Assembly: GCA_964019335.1 (NCBI GenBank)
Contig: OZ025689.1
Span: 493,026-557,025 of the forward strand
DNA length: 64,000 bases
Origin: Diplonema japonicum
Taxonomy: Eukaryota > Protista > Euglenozoa: Diplonemea
Reading direction: 5' to 3'
A model generated the notes under the pieces. It was not told where the DNA came from. It did no database searches and saw nothing but the letters and a program-made list of their open reading frames with translations. The stretch's first letter is position 1. The number at the start of each line of letters is the position of its first letter. Shown piece by piece: positions 54,240-64,000 of this stretch. A program made the translations under genes and the position numbers.

Positions 54240-54570
54240 GGGGGGGGGGGGGGGGGGGTATCAAACCCCCCTGAAATCCCATGCAAAGGTGTTTTTTTTT
54301 TTTTTTTTTTTTTTTTTTTTGGTTTTTCTTCAAAAAAAAACGCATTTCTAAGGCCATTTGACCCAAAAATGGATAAATTAAAAAGTCAAATGGGGCTTAA
54401 GTGGCGTTAAGTGTGCAACGAAGCATGAGCTATCTACGATACAGGGGGCGCACCACGGCCGAGCTATAAATACAAAAAGTATAAAAAGGGTCGGGAGTAG
54501 AAACCGGGTCTGGGGGGTGTTTTATGGTGGGTTTAGGTCAAGGTATATTGTCAAATGGCCTTAGAAATAC

Positions 54571-54635
<65 letters not shown>

Positions 54636-54680
54636 TGGCAAAACCGAAAAAACCACCTTTGCATGGGGCTTTGATTCCCC

Positions 54681-54781
54681 CTAGGGCTATGGCAAGGAAA
54701 CGTTTCCTCATTTTGGGCCGTTTCCTTAAGTATCTGAAAATAAGGAAACGGAAACGGAAAATTCTTGCCAACATAGCCCTG
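54681..54781. mobile_element. About 100-bp MITE of the same hAT-like family
   Basis: ctagggctatggcaag ... cttgccaacatagccctg with ggaaac repeats. Confidence 0.7.
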
Positions 54782-54848
54782 GGGGGGGGGGGGGCAGGTA
54801 AAAGCTAAAGGGCATCCCTTTCGAGACGCTGCTTCTTGCGGTGTGTGT

Positions 54849-54889
<41 letters not shown>

Positions 54890-55003
54890 GAAGAAAAAAA
54901 GATAGGTTTATCGTCTGATAGTTCTTTCTATTAATTTTTTTTATCCCTTTCTTTTAGGAATCGTTTGACAACTTGAAAGGAAAAAAAAAAAAGAATTCAC
55001 TAT

Positions 55004-55034
55004 GATAGGAACGAAGTGGTTAGCAACGACCCGC
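55004..55034 (-). repeat. Solo 3' terminus of the LINE family at 33329-34352
   Basis: gataggaacgaagtggttagcaa(c/t)g(a/g)cccgc matches 33329-33359. Confidence 0.8.
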
Positions 55035-55689
55035 AAAGAATGTTTTTTTTTTTTTTTTTTTTTCTTCAAAAAGAATGTTTTTCTTTTTCTGCTTTTTTTT
55101 TTCTTCTCTTTTTTTTTTTCTGCCCTCATCAGGGAAAAAAGTCGTTCCGACAGCAGGAAAAAGGGGGATAAAAAAATTAAAAAAAAACTTCCTGCCTCCA
55201 AAACCAAAGGTTCTCAACTCGTTGGATGTCCTCACCCTCTTCACAAGGCGAGAGTCCCAAAAAAAGAAAAAGAAAAGCGGAGAAATACAATTATTGGGGA
55301 AATGGGGTTGCGAATTCTTCCAGGGAAAGAGAGCAGAACAGATGAAAGGGACACAAAATATGGAAACCACCTTGCCAAAACACCACGCGCACAAAAAAAG
55401 AAACAAAAAAAAAAGTACAAATACCCACATTTTGTGTCGCCTTTTCTTCTTCTTCTTCCTCTACGTTCTAAAACGAGCAATGGCTTTAGAGACCCTGGGG
55501 GGGGGGGGGGGGTACACGTTTTCTGCTTCCTTACAAAACCCCCCCCCCCCCCCCCCGAATGATAAAAAACTTTTTCTTTCTCCTATTTTTTTTTCTTTGA
55601 TCCAAAAAAAAAAAAAAAAAAAAAAAAAGAATTTGGCTTCCACCAAGCTCAGTTGGTCCCTACCCCCCCCCTTTTTTTTCTTCTCTCCC

Positions 55690-56984
55690 TCACGCCCTCT
55701 TCTCCTTCGGCACCGTGAATATTGTGATGTTAAGCAGCGACGAGATTTCAAGTGCCTTTTTTTTTTTTTTTTTTTTTTTTCCCCCCCAAAAAAAAGAAAT
55801 ACCAGTGAAATAACCATGTGCAAGTACGAGATAAGCACGACACCCCCGAATTCAAACAACACCAAGTCCTCCCACTTCTTGTCCATGCCCACCATGTGGT
55901 ACACAAGGATCCCATGGCTTGCCAGAGCAAGGAATCCAGCAAACGTTTTCCCGAACGGGTGGTAGTTGTCGTCACAAAGATGTGCCACCATCATCGTCAT
56001 GACAAGCTTGCAAAGAAGAAGTCCGGTAATCCACAAGAAGGCTCTGGGCTGCCTGCTCAAAACATCAGTGGGAGAATAATACGCCCACGATACCGCCATA
56101 CCCACCATTACCAAGAACGGAATGGTCCTGGACAATGCTACCCACACTGTCCCTGCCTCAAGCTGAGCGGGCGTGAAGTGACCTTGCCCAGCTTTCATCT
56201 GCCTGACAGCCTTCACAACATTGTAAATATTGCTCACAACAGTTACGACGGCACCGCAGGACAACATCAAGATGGCAACAGTGTTGTAGGTGTACCCGTA
56301 CGAATTGACTGTGTTCCACCATGCGTTACCAGCATAGGCAGTCCAGAATTGAAGCCCGACACCAAGAAGAACACCTTCATTTGGACCGTTAATGATGGGA
56401 AGGTCAAGCGAGCCTACGTAATATTCCTCCCATGTCGCTGCGAAAAAAACTGCAGCGGGGCCAGCCCATAAAGCTAACGCCCACATTGACGGCCCCACGC
56501 ACAGCATAGCCGCGGTGTTCATCAGCCCGATGGTAGTGTTGAGGGCATCGCACCCATGGTCCATAAGAAGTCCTAGTGGTGATGATGTTTTCGTTGCCCT
56601 TGCTTGTTTGCCGTCCAGAGCGTCCAGTATCCAGTACACAAGCTGCGCCACACCATTGAACAAAAACACCCACCATGGTCCTGGTTCAGAGAATGTAGGG
56701 CAGTACCATGCTGTTATGAAGTGGCATGCAATCATGAAGAGCAAGCCTGTTACCGTGATTGCGTTGGGGTGTGCCCACTTTGGGACGTATCCATTTGCTA
56801 CAACGGTGTTCAGCCACGGGCTAAGAAGCCTCTGGTATATTAAACTGCTGTCCGAGCCTGCGTATTGATAATTGGGAAGGTTTGCGACTCCCTTCTCTGA
56901 CACGTATTTAAAAAAGTACGCCCCGCCCCCCATTTTATGCGGTTGGGGGAATTTTACGTCTTTATCCGGCTTTGGTGGGATCGT

Positions 56985-56987
<3 letters not shown>
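55690..56987 (-). CDS. CEPT1: Choline/ethanolamine phosphotransferase (CDP-alcohol phosphatidyltransferase); intron 55756-55802
   Basis: YQYAGSDSSLIY, PKWAHPNAITVTG, DALDGKQARATKTSSPLGLLMDHGCDA, WEEYYVG, NGPNEG. The spliced last exon reads ALEISSLLNITIFTV. Confidence 0.93.
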
Positions 56988-57028
<41 letters not shown>

Positions 57029-58027
57029 GGAAAAAGTAAGCGGGAAAAGAGGGGGTAATATTTTTTTTAAAAAAAAAAAGTGGGGGGCGGGGACATGGGG
57101 AGAAACAGCAAAGTGAACTGGAGACTTCTTTTTCCCCCCACTTTACAGTTTAATATGAGGTTTAAAAAAGGGTCTTTGTGGCACCCTCCTCTTCTCATAT
57201 ATATATTTTTTCCCTTTTTTTTTCTCTTTTTTTTTCTTTTACCTGCATCTATCCGAACTCCTTGCTGTGCACTTAAGAGTGAAACAAGAGGAACAGGGGG
57301 GGGGGGGAATAGGGATTTGAAAAAAAAGAAAAACGAAGACAAAAAAGAAGATGTAAGGAAAGGGGGAAACAGGGGGGGGTTAAAAAAAAGGCTTTCTTTC
57401 CGAAAATGTAAAAAAAAAGACTTTTTCTTATCTCCACATTTTTCCCTTCCCTCCCCTCCCCACCTCTCTAGGTTAAACGGAAGAAATAAAATTGGGGGGG
57501 GGGTTCTTTTTTTTTGGTGGGGGAAGTAAATAAAATTGGGTTTTTTTTAAATTTTTTAAAAAGCTTTTTTTTTTTTTTGAGAAGACAAATGAAATAAAGA
57601 ATGGGTAAAAAAACAAAAAAAAAAATATACATCAACGGTAGGTGAACTGGGAAAGAGAAGAAGAGTAAATAGAAAAGCATCTGAAGGAGAAAAGAAAAAG
57701 AAAAAAAAAGGAGAAATAGAATTTGACTTTTTTTTTTTTTTTTTTTCTCTTTGATGTCTGGTGGCCTCTAGGACACACGGTATGAACCAAACAAACACAC
57801 AATTTGGGAAATAAATTGAAAAAAAAAAAAAGAAAAAAAATAGGGGAAGGGTGCTGCGACCATTTTGTACATGTACACACCGCTCGCGTGTTTACTACCA
57901 CGAACACAGCTTGCTCAGTGGCAACAAAATGTCTTCAATCATTTGGCAAAAGAAAGAGAGAGAGAAAAAAAAGAGAAAAAAAACAAGAAAGAAATTTCCC
58001 AAAGCCATGCCAAGATATAGAGATTTA

Positions 58028-58064
<37 letters not shown>

Positions 58065-58397
58065 AAAAAAGTTATCATTCCCGAGAAAAAGAGAGTGTTT
58101 GAGATTTTCTTTTTAACCAGCACAAAAAAAAAAAGAAAAAAAAAAAAAAAAAGAAAAGAAAGAGGAACAGGCCGTTGCTCGTACGTGTCAGCACAACTTG
58201 GAGAAAGTTATAAAAAAATAAATAAATATTATAAATCAACCAGTAAACACGTTGCCAACGTTCCCCTTTTGCTTGGACAAGTCAAAGATTCGTTCTTGCA
58301 AAAAAAGGGGGGGTGGGAAGCGCTTGTTAGTCTATATTTTTGTCCTATATTTTTCCTCTTTTCTCTTCTGGTTAAAGAAAATGGTACCATCATAAGA

Positions 58398-58437
<40 letters not shown>

Positions 58438-59005
58438 GGAGGAAGGAGAAGGGGGAGGGGGGAACGAATTTTTTTTTACTTTCACTCTTCGTCATTCACC
58501 AGTGGCCCTCATTAATTTAACTAGTTAAATAATGAGATTTTTGGAATTTATAAAAAAAAATGGGTCTTGTCGTGGAAAAAAAATGTACCCAACCCCTTGA
58601 AAAAATCTTTTTTTGGGGGGGGGTAGAGTAGTATTTTGAGAATTTTTGGCCATCTGAGGCCATCGCGGCCCTTAAAAGTGGGAATAAGTGCTTTACTTCC
58701 CTTAAAATGCCACAGCGAAATACGCTATCCCGTATTACCTTTGGAAAATCCCCAAAAAAGTTAACAGTGAAGAGTGAGTGACTCAAATGACGAAGAGTGA
58801 AATAAAACGACTTACTTGCCGCCAAATGAGTTTTATTTTTTAACCCTCGTTGCCGTTTTTTTGCACGTGGTGCAAAAAATTCGGGAACTCGAGTTAAATA
58901 ATGACACATAATTTGTTGGCAGTAAATAGCCTTTTTTTGAGGAAGGGGGGAGGGGGGGGGGGGGGGGAGGAAAAAGTACATCCCTGTCCCAAATGGGACA
59001 TTGTT

Positions 59006-59053
<48 letters not shown>

Positions 59054-60897
59054 GGAATTCCCATATTCGTCATTCGGCCTTAGCCTCCAAGAGGTGTCAT
59101 TAAAAAAGGGTTAAAAAACTCGATCTATTTTTTGCGGTGCGCTGTTGGTGTGCCACCAGGCACTGGGTATCCTACACGTACTTGTCACCGTTCTGCAGTT
59201 GGCATCCTGGTGTCGGCCGTCGGGGTTTGCCTTTTGCAGTATTTTACCACTGCTGGTGCTGGGCATCTCTTCCGATGGCAAAAAAAAAAAGAATTTTCAA
59301 CTCTCAAAAAAAAAAAAAAGTACTTCCCTTTCTTGCTCGATCTTTTGTTTCCTTTTTTTTTTCCTCCCCCTTTTTTTCCACAAGGAAAAAAAGAAGAAGA
59401 AAAAAAAATATCCCCCCTTTCTTCTTCTCCCCTTTTTTTTTCCTCTCACTCTCTCTTTACCAGCTGATTACGCCAAAAAAAAGAGGACTTTTTAAAAAAA
59501 GAAATTGAGGGGGGTCTTTCTTGAGATCCTGGGCTGTCACACAGACACCTTTTTTGTGTTCCCCTCTTTTTTTTTCCTTTTTTTTTTTCGCTTTTTAAAA
59601 AAAAGGGGGGGAGGGGTGCGTTAATCGGTACCATGGCAGAAGAAAAGAAGAATAAGAACGGGGAAAAAAAGAAAAAAAAAAGGGGGGAAGGAAGATCAAA
59701 CTGAGATGTCATCGTTTAAAGGGGGAGAAAAGAAGAAGAGCAGGGAGCCTGATATAAAGACAGGCAAGTACAGCCTAGCTTTGCATGCCGCAACCAGCTT
59801 TCATCTGTAGCTGGGAATGGGAGAGGGAAAAAAAAGAGCCCCCCCCATGGGATCAGGTGTTAGCTACCAAAAAGCAGGAAAGAAAAAAAGCGGGGGGGGG
59901 GCCAAAGACAAAACTTAACTAAGAGTAAAGAGTGTGAGGGGGGGGGGGGGGGGGGGGCATAGGGAGGGTATTTTTTTTAATAAAAAAGATTTACTAAAAG
60001 AAGAAGAAAAAAAAAGCCCTGGCTTACCTGCACCCCTCTTCCATCTGTCAACAAAAATAAAAAACAAAAGAACAATCACAACAACAAAAAACGACTCCCC
60101 CCCCCCCCCCTCTAAACTTGTGGGTTGCTGACGGAGATAAGAAAAAAACGATTAAAAAGAAAACATCAATGGTGCGTAAACACAAGGAGAGGGGGGGGGG
60201 GGGGGGGGGGGGGCTGGTCTTAACTAAGGAGACAGAGAGGTCCCCTGGCTGGGAATGGGGGAGGGGCAATGGGGGATTCTTTCCCCCCCCCCCTTTTTTT
60301 TTAATTCTCCCTATTCCCCAAAACTAGTGCAGTAGCTATAGCAGCGGGTTAAGAAAAAAAAAAAAAATACAATAAGGGGAGATACCACTCTTTCTCTTCT
60401 TTTCGCCCAGTCTAGTATATCTTCCCCCTACCGCAACAACGCTTCCAAAATCGTTAAAGCGTCCCTTTAGAACGTGGGAATCGTCTGAAATTCCCCGGGT
60501 TTGGGTGCAAAAAGCGGGCAGTAGCCAGGCCGCCTTTCGGACACCTGAGACCTTAGGGGGTTTTCTTGTTGTCATGTGTCCCCGTAAATCCCGCTTTGGA
60601 CCCACTTCAGAGATGTGCAAGCGCAGGGAATAATAAAAAAAAAAAAAAAAAGAAATTAAAAAAAAAAGAAGAAACGTGTCAACTTCTCTCATACAAAAGT
60701 ATGGGCGAAACCTGACTTTCGTTTTTTGTTGCCATCAATCGCCATTTTTGCCCATTTTAGAGGGCCCTAGGTTCCAGTTTTTTTTTTTTTTTTTTATTCG
60801 TTTGTTTCGCATTTTTTTTTTTTTCATTGAAAAAGTGTGTAATTTTCATTTTTTTTTTTCTTTTCCCCGGTTCCGCTAGGACAGGCATAGTAGTAGC

Positions 60898-60930
<33 letters not shown>

Positions 60931-61391
60931 CAGGAGGAAAAAAAAATGTAACTAAAACGCCGCTTGCGCTTCTCACAAGAATAGGAGAGAATAGAGAGAG
61001 AGAAAAAAATGGATGAGAAAAAAAAAAGAAGAAAAAAAAAAAAAAAAAAAAAAAAAAAGCGGAACCATTAGTAGAAGAAAGAGGGAATAAATAAAAAAAA
61101 ACTTCTCATTAAAAACAGAATTTTTCTGGGGGTTTTTTTTTTCCGGAGAGGGAGGGGGGACGTACACACAAGAAATAGAAGATGGGGTGAAAGAAAAAAA
61201 AAAAAAAAAAAAAAAAACCCTTTTGAAATTGAAAGGCATATTTGGTGGTAGTGTGGGAGGTGGAGGGGAGTCAAAAAAAAAAAAAAAAAAACTTTTTTTG
61301 TATTTTTTAATCAAATCCAAACAGTAGTTCTTCAGGCCCATCTTCTACCATCACATCTTCCTTAAACTCGATTCGGCAGCTTGTTTGCCTG

Positions 61392-61422
<31 letters not shown>

Positions 61423-63687
61423 TTAAAGGACGGGGGTTTTTGGGCAAAAAAAAGGTCACCATCGACTTTTTTATTTTCTAAAATTAAAACATCCTCGAGC
61501 ATGCAACCATAGAACGACGCTTGTGTAAAAGAAAATACATCACCCAGGAGGGACAAAAAACACCCCCAGACGCCCCTCAAAGGCCCTGGGAAGTGAATAG
61601 AATAAGGAATTGAAGTGAAATTTATTGTAAAACCCCACCCATAGGTTAGACACTTCCTTACTTTTTTCGCTTGGGCCTCGGAGTGCTAGGGGGGGTTTTG
61701 CTTTTGGGACTTGGCTCAGATGACGACCTGGGGAGAAGGGTATGTGTTTGGAGACGCTGGTACCTTAGGCGTTTCTTCGGTGTGGCCGGGCCTCCAGAGG
61801 GGGTAGATTGGGGTGGGTAAACCACTGGTTCGTGATAGTCCGCAAAGCGAGCTGGGCACAGATGCACGTTACAAGCCTTGCAGATGAAGATAGTTTGCAC
61901 CCGGACCCCCAAAACACGCATGTGGTGTGTGCATTGTCTTGCTGCATCCAGTTTTTTGGACCAGTGACCTTTGGTGAAGTCGCGCCTGGCATCTTCCCTG
62001 GGCCCCTCGGTCCCCATTTCAGAACGGGTGCTTGCCGGGCGGTTGTTTCCGGACTGGCGCATAACAGTCGAAAAGCTGTTGTCGCTCATCGCGAACCCGT
62101 TTTTGGGTCTGCCTGGGCCTACTTGCTTCTTCACTGGAGCAAGATTAGGTACATTCTGTCGGTTTTCTTCGGATTGTTACCACCATTGACTGGACTTTCC
62201 TCGGATTGTTTCCACCACAAACCCGATTCCCACATCTGTTGTACAAGGGTAACGCCAGTATAGAAGTTATCGATGCCGGGGTACAAGGGGAACGCTATCG
62301 ATGCCGAGCCATCCACCAGGTGGACACGAATAGTGGCATCGACAAGTCACGTGGGGTGCGCTTTCAGACTGAGCACGACGTTCACTTCATGTCAAGCAAG
62401 ACGCCATTGAAGGCACCGCAGGAGATACGGGAGAATGTTGTAAGAGCTTTCATTGTCGCGCTCGAGCTGCAGGACAAGAAGCTCGAAGTAGAGCTCCGCC
62501 GCCGAGACATTCTGGTTGCCATGTTGTCCTTTTTTGGCATCATAAGCATTGGTGCTTCTGCAGTGATCACGTGGTTCACCAATCCTGCACGCGAGTCAGG
62601 GCTCCCAAACACCAGCACCCCCCTACAATGACCTTCACCAAATGGGAAGGTAATATGCCAAGTGCTGAGATACCTCACATCGGGGTCCACAGTGCTGTGT
62701 TTGATTGCTTTTTCACGCTTTTACAATGGTATTAGCACTGCGGACAGTAGATCGACAAGTTGAACACGACCCTGTGTCAGATCCTGTCCGGTGCACAGCC
62801 TCACCTGTCCTCTTTGCAGGTTGGAATACTCTGAAGCGATGCCTACCGTGTGACTTGATCATACTCTCATCAACGATCGATTCTCCGGGGGAATAGTGTT
62901 GCAGACAGGTAGGGGAGCAAGAATCTTATTTTTTGCAACCTGTCTGTCTCTTCACCCCTCCAAAATGCAACGACCGCTGTAAGCGCAAAAAGCAGTAACG
63001 TTTCATTACACTTGCCAAAAAAAGGTGTGGCGAGGGCACAAATGGTCGGCCAGTAATCTTTTATGCCAGCCTTGCGGATGATGTCCATGAGCACCCACAA
63101 GGCCACAAACTGATAGATATCGTCCACAGTGAAGTCAAAGTCAGGGTTGTGGTACTTGCAAACGGTGCAAAGAGATTTCACAAACCCCATTGAGATGAAC
63201 AGCTTGGAAATCCTTGATGCACTCATGTGGGAAAAGGGTGATTTCTGCCCCCCCCCCCCCCCCCCCCCCCGTGTCCTGTCACTTCTTACGCGTAACCTGC
63301 GTAATATCGCTCTCCCAGGGCATATTTTCACTCTTCTCGTCACTACTGGCGCTAGGTGAGGTCCCATCGTCAGTGAGAATGTCCCCTTGGGCACTCCCGA
63401 ACTCGTCTGAATCAGTACTGCTCATATGAGCTTTCGTGCCACCAAAAACTGGTTTCGAGGGTGTTTTTGGAGGTTAATCTAGGGGCCAAAAGTGATTTTC
63501 GATGGAAAAGAAATCGCGGAACTAGGTCATTCTGTGCAAGGGTAAGGGGTACTTAAAATGCCTATACAACAATTTTAATTTTTTGATCGCTAGATATCTA
63601 GCGCTTCGTCCTTTAATGGTTAAAAAAAAAAAAAAAAAAAAAAGGTCATCAACTAAACACAAAAAAAAAAACTCCTTTTTTTCAACA
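56988..63687. promoter_or_regulatory. Divergent strand-switch region (candidate transcription-initiation zone)
   Basis: Separates a minus-strand gene array from a plus-strand gene; no host CDS; many G/C and A/T runs. Function is inferred by analogy with kinetoplastids. Confidence 0.45.
61420..63619 (-). mobile_element. piggyBac transposon with decayed transposase
   Basis: TTAA + ccattaaaggacg (61420-61432) ... cgtcctttaatgg (63607-63619) + TTAA. Frameshifted transposase: IVDESMIK, DNFYT, Cys-rich TIFICKACNVHLCPARFADYH. Confidence 0.92.
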
Positions 63688-64000
63688 ATGTCCCGCAGCT
63701 TCATGTTTTCCTCTGAGCACGTGACCGAGGGTCACCCTGACAAGATGTGCGATCAGTTCTCGGACGCCGTGTTGGACGCGTGCCTTGCTGACGACCCCAT
63801 GTCGAAGGTGGCATGCGAGTCATGCTGCAAGACAGGGATGGTGATGGTGTTCGGTGAGATCACGACCAAGGCCGTGCTGGACTACCAGACCATCCTCCGC
63901 AACACGGTGAAGAAGATCGGCTACGACGACTCCTCGAAGGGCTTCGACTACAAGACCTGCAACGTTGTGGTCGCCATCGAGCAGCAGTCCCCCGACATCG
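63688..64000 (+). CDS. MAT: S-adenosylmethionine synthetase (canonical MAT), 5' part
   Basis: [54 protein letters not shown]; runs off the window end and is absent from the ORF track. Confidence 0.97.
   Translation, partial: MSRSFMFSSEHVTEGHPDKMCDQFSDAVLDACLADDPMSKVACESCCKTGMVMVFGEITTKAVLDYQTILRNTVKKIGYDDSSKGFDYKTCNVVVAIEQQSPDI

Noticed and set aside
60945-60980. aactaaaacgc resembling a spliced-leader start
   Set aside because: Lacks the conserved downstream SL exon (TTCTGTAC..TTG/GTA) and Sm site.
57000-61400. Many poly-Lys/Phe/Gly/Pro ORFs (also at 1-1500 and 11400-13700)
   Set aside because: Translations of mononucleotide runs.

Overview
Eukaryotic, gene-dense DNA, most likely a euglenozoan and probably a diplonemid. 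This is inferred from trypanosomatid-type adenylate cyclase motifs, a Leishmania-like [15 protein letters not shown], about 55 kb of co-oriented genes, and short GT-AG cis-introns. All host genes from 1.5 to 57 kb lie on the minus strand. A long homopolymer-rich divergent strand-switch region follows, and then a plus-strand SAM synthetase that is truncated by the window end. The standout is a tandem pair of about 1130-aa proteins fusing DOMON, cytochrome b561, cytochrome b5, an intact class III adenylate cyclase, a degenerate second cyclase domain and a B-box-like zinc finger: a candidate four-heme transmembrane redox-sensing receptor cyclase. Other notable genes are a bacterial-type DgoK-DgoA fusion, a WAVE-complex Nap1 homolog, apparent pseudoenzymes (lipoxygenase, MsrA, ABCG), and a ubiquitin-like/BspA-LRR gene with hypervariable repeats next to an orphan repeat cassette. 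Mobile DNA includes an intact two-ORF LINE with a 2A-like peptide, whose 3' hairpin is scattered as solo copies, plus LINE remnants and hAT, piggyBac and MITE-like elements. All calls come from motif recognition by eye; no searches were run.
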